Shown piece by piece: positions 23,163 to 34,062 of a stretch of DNA of 64,000 bases (the stretch's first letter is position 1; each line of letters begins with the position of its first letter). The stretch spans positions 27,900,001 to 27,964,000 of the forward strand of contig CM126220.1 in assembly GCA_052327205.1 (NCBI GenBank). Direction: 5' to 3'. The DNA comes from Somniosus microcephalus (lineage: Eukaryota). A model generated the notes under the pieces. That model was not told the DNA's origin. It made no database searches and was given only the letters and a program-made list of their open reading frames with translations. The position numbers were made by a program, and so were the translations under genes.

Positions 23163-24253
23163 TGTAGGTGGTTTGCCTTGGTGGGTCGAATCACCCCTCC
23201 TACTTAGTTCTAGACGACAGGAATTACGGTGAACAGGATTGGAACACAGACAAGCTTTTCGGACTCAACCGTACGGTGTTCAATAAGGTTAACACACACC
23301 CGCCTCCAGTACGTAAAATGCCTGGTGGCGTAAAACAAACAGTACAACAATACAACTTGGCCCGTTGAACAGGCCCCTGTCTCGTACTAAGACGCCTAAA
23401 ATCACACTGTGTTGCTATACAGAGTATAACATGGACTTGTCCCACAAACCCCGGAACATACATTATATAATACACACAGAACCTCCCCACTAAGCCCCTC
23501 TGGATTGGTCGGGACACACAACACCCCCTCACAAAGTACCAGTGGTCTTAAGGATGCGTGGGCTTGGACAACGCTCACCCCGATTGTCCGTTTTCTTGCT
23601 CGCTGCTTCCCCGTGTAGAACGTGTCTCCTGGTTCCGTATCGCCGATGCAGTATCCAAGTCCCAGTTTCGAGGTTTGTTCCTACAGTCGAAGAGCAAGGC
23701 AAAGCTCTTGTCGCTCGTGGTGGTTTCTTCTCTCCATCTCGGATGGAGTGATCGGTTCTTGGTTCAGAGATGAGGGCACGCGAAGGCGAGAGCAAGCGAG
23801 AGAGAGCGAGAATGGCCAAAGCTGCCTTCTCTTATACCCTAAAAGTTCATTAAGGTCTGTGTATTGCAGAGATGTCTTTTTAATCACCCTTCTTTGTCTG
23901 GTTTCCCGCCTTTCGGGGCTATCCCATCTAGGTGCTGGTGTTAATGGCAGATGATGGGCTGCACTTCTCACCCGATCCTGGGTTAAGTGGTTTCCCATTA
24001 ATTTACAATGGCCCTCCATCTTCTGCCCGTTACCGTATGAGTCACCTACTCAGGCCCATTGTTTCCCAGAGAACCCTGTCTGCTCAGACATTCGCCCGTA
24101 ATCAGTTTGTAGGCCTAGCTGGAATCTCCTGTCCATCACGAACACCTGGGCCCCTCCCATCTTCTCCAAACAGGCTGCTGGTCAATCAGCAGTAACAATC
24201 ATACAAAATGTCCAATACAAAAAAAATCCTTGGGACCTGCATTGATGCTTACA
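23163..24253 (-). mobile_element. Solo LTR, 1091 bp (ERV or Gypsy)
   Basis: TGTAGG...CTTACA termini and an exact 4-bp TSD GTTT (23159-23162 / 24254-24257); removing it restores CR1 aaagttttcaag. Minus-strand TATAAG at 23836-23831. Confidence 0.85.
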
Positions 24254-24764
24254 GTTTTCAAGATATTATGGGGGAACAGATAGGGTAGATAGAGAGAAAC
24301 CATTTCCGCTGGTTGGGGGTTCTAGGACTGGGGGCATAGTCTAAAAATTAGAGCCAGACCTTTCAGGAGTGAAATTAGGAAACACTTCTACACACAAAGG
24401 GTGGTAGAAGTTTGGAACTCTCTTCTGCAAATGGCAATTGATGTTAGATAAATTGTTAATTTTAAATCGGAGATTGATAGCTTTTTGTTAACCAAAGGTA
24501 TTAAGGGAGATGGGCCAAAGGTGGGTATGTGGAGTTAGGTCACAGATCAGCCATGATCTCTTTGAATGGTGGAACAGGCTCGAGGGGCTGAATGGCCGAC
24601 TCCTGTTCCTATTTTCCTATGTTCCTATGAAACATTTCACATCAATAGCTTTCCTACCTGGGCCTGACATACAGGGCATCAATGGTGAATCTGGGATCTG
24701 ATGTATAGATTCTCAGCAGTGACTGAACGCACTGCCTTATGTTGGGTCTCTGCCTCAACCATCC

Positions 24765-25235
24765 CCTGTGGCAAAGCACCTTAACAATCCTCTATGTAAA
24801 GAACTTTCTCCTAACTGCTCTACTCATTTTCTTAGTGATAATTTAAAATTGATGAACCCCTTGTTGCAGACGACCCAACCAGAATAAAGAGCCTTTCACT
24901 ATTTACTATCAAAGCTCTTCATAATTTTAAAAATCTCCATTAAATCTCCGCTTAGCCTTCTCTCCTGCAATGAACATTGTCCTATTATCTCAAGTCTCTC
25001 TTCAGTACTACAGTATCCCAATCCCTAGCATCATCCTGGTGAATCAATGTAATATGTGCCCCCTCGTTTGAGACCCCCCAGCCTGGGGAAACATCCTCCC
25101 TGCACCCAGTCTGTCTAGCCCTGTCAGAATTCTATACGTTTCAATGAGATCCCCTCTCATTCTTCTGAACTCTAGTGAATACAGGCCCGAAATTGCACAA
25201 TGTACCCTAACTCTGCCCTAACCAATGTTTTATAA
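24765..25235 (-). mobile_element. Old CR1 fragment containing a 133-bp patch of younger CR1 (25055-25187)
   Basis: Degenerate antisense CR1 flanks; the central patch is about 92% identical to 26912-27044. Confidence 0.7.
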
Positions 25236-25435
25236 TGTCATTGCGTGAAGCACTTTGCAACCTCCTGAAGCTGTGAAAGGTGGATGTACCTGTAATTGCA
25301 AGTTCTTTTTTTATTTGTACTATTAGGATTCTTTTCACTGATTGGCAAATTGGTTATAAAGAAGAAAGAAAAAACTTGCAGCACCCCATCACATCCTCAA
25401 ATGTTTTAGAACCAATGGACTACTTTTTGAAGTTT

Positions 25436-25643
25436 AGGTACTGCCTGAAAGGGTGGTGGAAGCAGATTCAATAATAACTTTCAAAAGGGAATTGGATAAA
25501 TACTTGAAGGGGAAAAAACTTACAGGGCTATGGGGAAAGAGTAGGGGAGTGGGACTAATTGGGTAGCTCTTTTCAAAGAGCCGGCACAGGCACGATGGGC
25601 CGAATGGCCTCCTAATGTGCTGTATCATTCTATGATCCTATGA
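25436..25643 (+). mobile_element. CR1 3' end
   Basis: ctgcctgaaagggtggtggaagcaga...gggccgaatggcctcc...ttctatgatcctatga. Confidence 0.85.
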
Positions 25644-25722
25644 ATGTTACAGTCCTATATTGTAAGTGTACTATGTTATGATCCTAAACTATAAGTGTAT
25701 ACTCTTAGTTTTGCAACACAAT

Positions 25723-26485
25723 GGCCCTGAAATTAGATCGGGGGCTTGCCGCGCGTGCAAGCCCCGATGTGCACTCACCCTGCGTGCCGACATCTGAAGC
25801 CCGGGCCTGCTTGCATTTCCTGTCACAGGCCCGGTTCAGCTGTCGGCGCGCTGTGCTAACCTGATCCAGCGGCGTAGTTAGTGCGATGTGCCGGCTGGGA
25901 TCAGGTGAGCACTGTGCAGCCAATCAGGGGAGGGGAAACTCATTCATGAGTTTGACAGTAAGAGCTGTCAAACTCATGAAAAGTATGGGCTGCCAAAACA
26001 CTACTTTAACTTTAAATAAAATTTTTAAAAACATCCCACTGATTATAATAACTATAAATAAGTTTTTTAAAATGTTTTAAACAATTAATCAATTTTTTGA
26101 AAAAAATAAATTTTTTAAAAATAGGGTCTAAAACTAAACTTACCATCCTGTAAATTCTTTAAAAATAACAAACCTGTGGAAAAAAAATTTCTACATTGTA
26201 CTAAAAGCCCACTTACCTGAAAAACTAAATACTTACATCTTGTTTTTCCACGCGTAGAGACCGGAGGCCTTTACACGCGCGCAACACTGAAAAAAAAAGG
26301 AATTTTACTGCGCACGCGCTGCCTGTGCAGTCGCGCGCGTTCTGCCTCTGAACCCCTTCATTCAGAGGACAGGAAATGCCGGTTTTCCCCGCATGCGCTG
26401 TGCATGCTGAAAACCGGCATTTCCTCCGGCCAGACGCGTGAGTACCCCGACCGTACTCACGCGTTGGGACAGGAATTACTGGCCC
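25723..26485. mobile_element. Harbinger-like MITE
   Basis: Ends ggccctgaaatt / aattactggccc; GC-rich arms around an AT-rich centre, same layout as 34063-34681. Confidence 0.6.
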
Positions 26486-26615
26486 TATATCTTGATATAT
26501 GTGTATAATGTCTGTCATGAGAAGCACTAATCTGTTGATTGCAGCTGTCTGTAACAGAATCTTGTCACACTCAGGTCTCTTTGAAGCATCCTGAATCTTC
26601 TTGTTTTCAGAAGGC

Positions 26616-27306
26616 TATAGAAATATAGAACATAGAAAAATAGGAGCAGGAGTAGGCCATTTGGCCCTTCGAACCCGCTCCACCATTCAATATGATCATG
26701 GCTGATCCTCTATCTCAATACCATATTCCCGCTCTCTCCTCATACCCCTTGATGCCTCTTGTGTCTAGAAATCTATCTATCTCCTTCTTAAATATATTCA
26801 GTGACTTGGCCTCCACAGCCTTCTGTGGTAGAGAATTCCACAGGTTCCACCTCTGAGTGAAGAAATTTCTCCTCATCTCAGTCCTAAATGTCCTACCCTG
26901 TATCCTGAGACTGTGCCCCCTCATTCTAGACCTCCCAGCCAGGGGAAACATCCGCCCTGCACCCAGTCTGTCTAGCCCTGTCAGAATTTTATACATTTCA
27001 ATGAGATCCCCTCTCATTCTTCTAAACTCTAGTGAATAAAGGCCTAGTCGACCCAACCTCTCCTCATACGACAGTCCTGCCATCCCAGGAATCAGTCTGG
27101 TGAACCTTCGCTGCACTCCCTCTGTGGCAAGTATATCCTTTCTTAGGTAAGGAGACCAAAACTGCACACAGTACTCCAGGTGTGGTCTCACCAAGACCCT
27201 GTATAACTGTAGTAAGACATCCTTGCTCCTGTACTCAAATCCTCTTGCAATGAAGGCCAACATACCATTTGCCTTCCTAACTGCTTGCTGCACCAGCATG
27301 TTTGCC
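26616..27306 (-). mobile_element. Young CR1 LINE 3' fragment
   Basis: Minus ORF 26715-27353 (QQAVRKANGMLAFIARG...RPHLEYCVQFWSP) with (catagaaa)n tail. Confidence 0.92.
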
Positions 27307-27630
27307 ATTTCCCAAACCAAATTGTTAAATGCACTAGAGCATGCTTTATTCACTGCCTCTGAAGGAGTAGTACTAGTCCTACACCGCAGCTGTGGGCAGT
27401 AATCCCTCCGATATTATGGTTCTCCAATCATCAACATGTTAGGCCACAATATATAATAGAAACGAATTTGCAGTGAATTCTAAGCAGAGGTCACATTCCT
27501 ATTCCCTTGCCGATACTGGTATTCTCGACATGTATAGGCAGGGTAGACTGCAATCACACTTTTACACGGACCTCCAATCCGATCCTCCTTCTGTTCACAT
27601 ACCTGTGGGACAGAGACTGATTATTGAGTC

Positions 27631-27890
27631 TGATGTGCCTCAATGAATCCGAGACTCGACGTTAACGGAGCAAAGCAAGGCTTTTATTAACTCAGAAAGT
27701 AATGCACATTGGAGAAGTGTCTCTCATCCAGAGATCTGCTGTACTGCTGTGAGACACGCTGGGGCTTGCTTAAGTAGGGGCCAGGTATGGGCGGAGCCCT
27801 ACACACAATACAATACAGGTAAGGAAATGAAACTGAAACTAAACTAAACACAGGGAATACAGTGCCTGATGAATGGCATATTTCATCACG
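27631..27890 (-). mobile_element. Solo LTR, 260 bp (Gypsy/BEL-like)
   Basis: 5-bp TSD GAGTC (27626-27630 / 27891-27895); ends TGATG...CATCACG; minus-strand AATAAA at 27688-27683, GC box at 27789-27796, TATA-like TACTTAAG. Confidence 0.7.
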
Positions 27891-28000
27891 GAGTCCATCT
27901 CTCCAGCTGAGCTAGGGGGAGGCAAAAGCAGCAAGGTTGGGGATGAGCTGAAGCAATTTGGAAAGAATATAATTTAGAAATCTGCATTTTTATAGAAGTA

Positions 28001-28080
28001 CAGGAAACTCTTTTTTATCCGGCACCAACGGGACCGGCGTGGTGCCAGTTGATCAAAAAGTCCGGATTACAGAGAGGTAT
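28001..28080. mobile_element. Possible pogo/Tigger-like terminal fragment
   Basis: TA followed by CAGGAAACTCTTTTTTATCCGGCACC, with internal inverted ggtgcc...ccggattacagagag. Confidence 0.4.
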
Positions 28081-28101
28081 ACTTACTAAGGTACGAGAGC
28101 C

Positions 28102-28260
28102 CCGTACACGGCCACAGGTGCAGGAGTCCCGGTTACACGGCCACAGATCCAGGAGTCCCGGTTACACGGCCACAGATCCAGGAGTCCCGGTTACACGGCC
28201 ACAGATCCAGGAGTCCCGGTTACACGGCCACAGATCCAGGAACCCCGGTTACACGGCCAC
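28102..28260 (+). repeat. 29-bp minisatellite, about 5.5 copies
   Basis: ggttacacggccacagatccaggagtccc starting at 28131, 28160, 28189, 28218 and 28247 (partial), with a degenerate first unit. Confidence 0.95.
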
Positions 28261-28477
28261 TAATACAGTACACCCTTTCCATTTCAACAAATAAAATAAA
28301 AACCTACTTCTCCATAAAACCGGCACAATCTTTAACAAATAGGGCCTGGCAATTTTTGTTTCTGTTGTTTGCCAAACACTGCAATAAAATTTATGCCAAA
28401 AGGTGTCACTGCACTGCAGCAGTTGAAGATGAGATATGACAGTTTTAGGTGCTGTTGGATGCCTTTTTGAATGTGTA

Positions 28478-28912
28478 AAAAAGAAAAAAAAGACTTGCAT
28501 TTATGTAGCGCCTTTCGTGACCACCAAACATTTCAAAGCATTTTACAGCCAGTGAAGTACTTTTTGAAGTGTAGTCACTGTTGTAGTGTAGGAAACGCGG
28601 CAGCCAATTTGCGCACAGCAAGCTCCCACATGGGCTTGTGCTGTCTTAGCTGATCTCAGGCAGCATCAGCAGCTGGGGGCACTACAATAGGCCCAAAGGG
28701 AGGGGGAATTTCAGCCAGACTTCCTGCTTCTGATCACTAACCAATGATAATGACCAGATAATCTGTTTTAGTGATGTTGATTGAGGGATAAATATTGGCC
28801 AGGACACCGGGGAGAACTCCCCTGCTCTTCTTCAAAATAGTGGCATGGGATCTTTTAGGTCCACCTGAGAGAGCAGATGGGATCTCGGTTTAACTTCTCA
28901 CCCAAAAACAGC
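28478..28912 (-). mobile_element. DeuSINE (5'-truncated) carrying a 113-bp foreign insert at 28633-28745
   Basis: Antisense Deu domain and tail; the insert duplicates 29001-29113. Confidence 0.85.
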
Positions 28913-28919
28913 TGAAATC

Positions 28920-29865
28920 TCTCCTCATGGCTCAGTGGGTGAAGGCATTGCCTCGTGTGGTACTGAGCCATTCAGATCACACAGTGCAGGTTCAATTCCT
29001 GGCTTGTGCTGTCTTAGCTGATCTCAGGCAGCATCAGCAGCTGGGGGCACTACAATAGGCCCAAGGGGAGGGGGGATTTCAGCCAGGCTTCCTGCTTCTG
29101 ATCACTAACCAATAATTTCTGCTGGAAATTGGAGATTGCTGGCTATTGACACTCAGGCCTGGATTTTCCTCTTGGAGTTTCAGCAGGGTGGAACTCCTGA
29201 CGGTCCTTCCATGTCTACCCCAGTGCAAAGCCCACTTTCCTGGCTGGGGCTTATTAAATATGTACACTGAGCTCCCGATGAGATTTCTGTTGCCCAGAGG
29301 GAGTCTGCCAGTGGGCAGAGCAGAAACCTGTCGCTGCAGCACCAGAAGATCCATCGAGGAACCTTAAAGGGGCAGAAGCGCCCCGAAGATTGGAATAAAG
29401 ACTCCCACTGAGGGTCTTGACCAAGAAGTTAAGTTTCTGGGGCCAGCTGGAGGGGGAGGAGTCTGCTACAAAGCCATCTCCCTCCGATTGGGTATTTACT
29501 GCCATCTCCCAGGGCCCAGGAAGCAGTGGTGGAAAGCAGGAAAATCCTCCGGGACCCCAGGCCTCACCCATCCCATCACCATTTGCATGCAGTGGGCAGG
29601 AAGGAGCGGGCAGCGGTGATCCCAGCAGGGGCGGGGGAGGGAAATCCTGGTTGGGCGGTGAGGTGTCAGTAGGCCTCACCTCCTGAATTTTCCGATGTTC
29701 TCCGTTGTATCCCGTCTGATGTTACGGTGGAGAATTTCCTCCTTCTGTGTAGGATTACCTGATTAATAGCTGCCTGAGCAAGTTAACAGTGGTGCTGCCA
29801 AAACCATACCTCAGTAAGGAGTCAGCCCATACAGGAGAGGAGGGTAAGGGAGGGGGAGAAAAACA
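28920..29865 (+). mobile_element. SINE-X copy split by a GC-rich MITE-like insert (about 29156-29740)
   Basis: tRNA-like head ctcatggctcagtggg...ggttcaattcctgg; the SINE 3' part resumes near 29745. Confidence 0.6.
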
Positions 29866-29951
29866 GAAGAAATAAATGAAAACCAGGTATAGAAGCAGTT
29901 AACAACAGCATTGAGCTATATAAATTATTTTCATCCAATTGTAAAATGTAT

Positions 29952-30813
29952 GGGGCAAAAATTCTGTTGCTTTATGCCTCCTGTTAGTGCCCTAAGAGGG
30001 CACTAATGGGGTGCAAAGCAACTAGCGCCCAGGTACGGCGCTGCCAGCGCCTCCCGCGAAATTCAGCGGGAGGTTAGCAGCGGCGGTAACCGTTAGTGCC
30101 CCACAGCACTGCGCCGCCGGCAATGAGGTCATCGCCGTGTGCAGCACCCCGCTTGCGCCCCCTGACTTACCACTGGACGTTATGTCCGATGGGGTCAGGA
30201 GGGCCTACCTGCGGCTGGGGCGGCGCTAATTACAGGCGAAGTGCCAGGCAGCCATTTTTGTTGCTGGCCGCCTGCCAGCACCTGCCCCCGTTGCCGTCCC
30301 CGGCCTCCTGAGCAGCCCCACCCCGCGGATTGCCGGCTGCGCTCCGTGAGCCCGGCACTCGAGAGGAGTGCCGGGCTCTTTTACCAGCACACCGATCCCT
30401 GGTGGCCCAGCTGTGGTCTCACCAAGGCCCTGTACAACTGTAGTAAGACATCCTTGCTCCTGTACTCAAATCCTCTTGCAATGAAGGCCAACATACCATT
30501 TGCCTTCCTAACTGCTTGCTGCACCTGCATGTTTGCCATTCCCCAAACCAAATTGTTTAATGCACGAGAGCATGCTTTATTCACTGCGCAAGGCCCCTCC
30601 CCTTTAAGAAGGGGAGGAAGGCCTGTAGTAGCGCCGCGATATTCCCTCGCCTTGCCCCAAGAGGGAGGCGGGGCGCTTCCAGTAGCGCCCTGCTTCTCTC
30701 TTGGGGCGCTACCGATGAATTTCGACCGTGGGGCGCTAATTTTTCCAGGGCGCTGAAAGTAGCGCCCCGGCGAAGTTAGCGCCCCAAAGAGGGCGTGACT
30801 CAATTTTTCCCCC
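29952..30813. mobile_element. PIF/Harbinger-like MITE, copy 2, with a captured 176-bp segment
   Basis: TIRs ggggcaaaaatt / aatttttccccc; 3-bp TSD TAT (29949-29951 / 30814-30816); homologous to 5209-5887. Confidence 0.8.
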
Positions 30814-33538
30814 TATGAGTTTTGCTTGTTCAATACCACGTTTGGTTTTTGGGGCTCCTGTCATGATATGATTTTTATTTACATCTGATTCAGCAGCTGT
30901 TTGATGTAACAGATCATTTAAGAATGTCTTGTGCTTCCTGTTGAGTTTCATTGTACAGGGTACTACCAAATGTCAAGCATTTGTTAACAGCCGCGTTAGA
31001 TGCAAATTATTACCAATCACTAACCGGCTGATTGAGGAATTAGGAAAAGAACACAAATAAATCATTCGGCTTGGAGCCACCCACATTCTGCATGTTTGCA
31101 AGTAGCTGTTCATGTGTTTTGAGGAAACACATTCAGAAGTATGTGTTAGATACAGGACATTGCCGTCTGTTCATAACCCATTACAACAGGAAAATAAGCC
31201 TGCTTTGAAGGACCTTTATGATCACACTGTGTACATCCATCAAGAATGGATACAAGATCACTGTATGTACTCCAAATACTTTGCTATACTTGCTCTTCCT
31301 CCTTCTTGATAAAATGAAGACTAATGGTAATGTCTTATACTGTACTCTCAGGACCTTAGAACTGTGGAACTTCTGACCTCTTCATTTTTCCCTTCCTCCT
31401 CGGCTTTGAAAACCCAATGTTTCTGTCATCTAATCACTGGATTAATCTTCTATTCTTTCCAACCTTGGTGGTGCCCTACACTGTGGACCTTGGTCTTTTC
31501 AATGAAGGTTCTCAATTTAAAAAAAAGGTCTGATGGAAACAGGAGATGTTCTCCACTCAGCAGAGTGGTAGTGATTGAGAACAGTTTCATTCTGATGGGT
31601 AAGCCCCAAACAACTCTGAGCAGCTGGCTCAGATCGCCACTAAGGGATACCCATGAGCAAATAACCCCCTGCTATCCCTTTGGCCACAGTTGATACTTGG
31701 CTTGAGAACACCAAGAAAGCTATCTTCTCTCAAATAAGAAAAATAAAATTAGATGATCTCTGTGCATTTGATCCTTTGTAATGCCTCTCTAGCCTGCAAC
31801 ACTGACTTTTTTGTGTTCATCTAAATGAGGGATGTCAATTCTGGGGAATCAAATGTTTTTTACTATCAACATCCAGTGTCAGCATCAAGCACTCACAGGC
31901 CAGGGATAGCAAGGGCTAGAAGCTGATCAAAGCTAAGCCACTACTCTGCTCAAACAATTTGCTTCAGCCCCAAATCAGAAAAAACAACCTCGACTGTGCA
32001 ATTTGACATTTCCAGTTCCCACCAAAAGCCACCCTTTGACCTAGTTGTGTAGAATGCCAACTTGCCATCATTTAGTATCGAATTAGGGTCAGTTTTATGC
32101 AATGCTTGAGATAATCCTAACTCACTTCACCAACATCCCTTACCTTGGCAAAGAGGAAACATTATCTCAGCAGCATAGGCTGGTTTCAAGCCTAGTTCCC
32201 ATAGAAAAGAAAGAAAGATAATGTTCAAAGTGACAAAGTCCTCTCTGTTGAGACCATTTATATAGCTTGTTAAAGTGAAAAGACTTGCATTTATATAGCG
32301 CCTTTCACAACCACCAGATGTCCCAAAGCACTTTACAGCCAATTAAGTACTTTTTGAAGTGTAGCCACTGCTGTAATGTAGGAAGTAAAGTGATGAATTT
32401 TATAATTCACAAAGCCTTTTAATGCTCGGAGCTTTCTTCAATGTATAAACTATTTAACAGCTAATAAATGACTGTACAAATGTAATATAATCTAGCTCAG
32501 TATTAGAGTATATTGCAGCAAGTGTCAAGTTTCTAAATGAAGTTGAAGACAAGCATTTAAAAGAGATCCTGAATATGGTAAGAACTCAAACATTTTGATG
32601 GATCCGCCATCATTTTTATTACTTGTTGACAGTTATATTTAAAGAAGGAACCATGGATATAATTTGTGTTTAAACAGAATAGACATTAAATCCATTTACA
32701 CAAGCTTTTAGGGAAATCAATCACTGCTAGCTTCACAACGTTCCTCAGGCTAATGTTTAAAGCAGTTATAGAAGGAGGAGGCTTCAACCCCTGTAGCGCA
32801 GAGGGTGGGACTAAGATAAAGAGGGATAGTACCTCTTGTTTGATTTGGCGTAGTTTGCTGAAGTTCTTTATATTTGTGGACTCCTTTTGTCTCTGGTCTA
32901 TCACCAGCAGGACCATTTTGATTCATTGTGAAGGATACCATTAATACTCCATTGTGCCACCAGGAGATCAAAGAACAGAAATACAAATAACCAACCTGGC
33001 ACTCCATGGTCTTCACTTTCCCATTTTGCTTTGCAGTTACATGAGTTGGGTCGTATAGGGGTTCTGAGAGATTAATTTCTCCTGTAATTTTTTTTTATAA
33101 ATTAAGATCTCATGTTCAAAATGTCTTGAAGAGAGCTGATAACTCAAACTCCTTTATTTGTTTTGGAAGCAGGGTATAAAGTTTAGCTAAGTACTGTATT
33201 TGTTATGTTTACCTGATGATTAGGGCTTGCTTCTGTATAATTTTACTTCTTAATAAATTCAAATGGCTAGATTTTAGCTTCAGCTAAGTGGTCTGACAGT
33301 GTGGTATTTTGCACCAGTTTGGAGAGACCTAGAGCACACATTGCGAGTGGGTAGTTCATATTATTTCTGATGAGTACTCCAAAGGTAGAAGAGTTCATTG
33401 GTCACTCTGTGGCCACACTATCCTAGATATTTTGCACATAAGATCAAGATTCAATTCAGAGTGGCCTGTGGAAGCTGACTTTCGTGAATTGTATAAATAA
33501 AGAGCATTGGGAAATATCCCAAATTGTAACATACTCCT

Positions 33539-33614
33539 CACTGTAACACTGTCTGATTTACCATGCACTGTAACACTATCTGATATAGCATGCACTGTAA
33601 CACTGTCTGATATG
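33539..33614 (+). repeat. 27-bp tandem repeat, about 3 copies
   Basis: cactgtaacactgtctgatttaccatg and variants. Confidence 0.9.
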
Positions 33615-34062
33615 CACTACAGCCCCTGACAGCTCAGTCTACTAATGCACAAAGTAGTGTGATGCTGAGCCATTTAAAGTAGGAAGATCTCAGGTTGAAT
33701 TACCAAACTATAGCAAGTTGGGTGATTTCAGTCAGGATAACAGTAGAGGGCCACAGTTGCTCTGAACAAAGGAAACAAAAACCAGCAGAGGTTCCCACTC
33801 TACAATTCTATCCCACAACCCCTGCTAGATAATGGCCCGGAATTTGCGGTGGGTAATAATGTTATTACCCCTTTGAAACAGACCGCAACTTCAAGATTTA
33901 GCGCATGCGCATCCTCACATGGAAATCCTGAAGTTGCGGTCAGTCGTTCACTGCTCCGACACTGGCTGTGCTGTGGCCCCTCCCTACCCACCCCCTGGCA
34001 ATCAGTGTAATCAGGGAAATCAGTGAAACTGACGAAAACTTGGGCTTTTCCACGGGAATATC

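Larger units (their letters stand above)
20555..24630 (+). mobile_element. 5'-truncated CR1 LINE (RT domain to 3' tail) split into 20555-21515, about 22774-23162 and 24254-24630 by two insertions
   Basis: RT motifs [42 protein letters not shown] and SKFADDTK; the pieces join colinearly; (ttcctatg)n tail. Confidence 0.92.

Noticed and set aside
23168-24195. Accessory viral ORFs inside the 1091-bp LTR
   Set aside because: Short overlapping ORFs on both strands are expected in GC-rich sequence; none resembles a known retroviral protein.
28102-28260. CRISPR-like array of 29-bp repeats
   Set aside because: Units are directly adjacent with no unique spacers and the context is vertebrate; it is a minisatellite.
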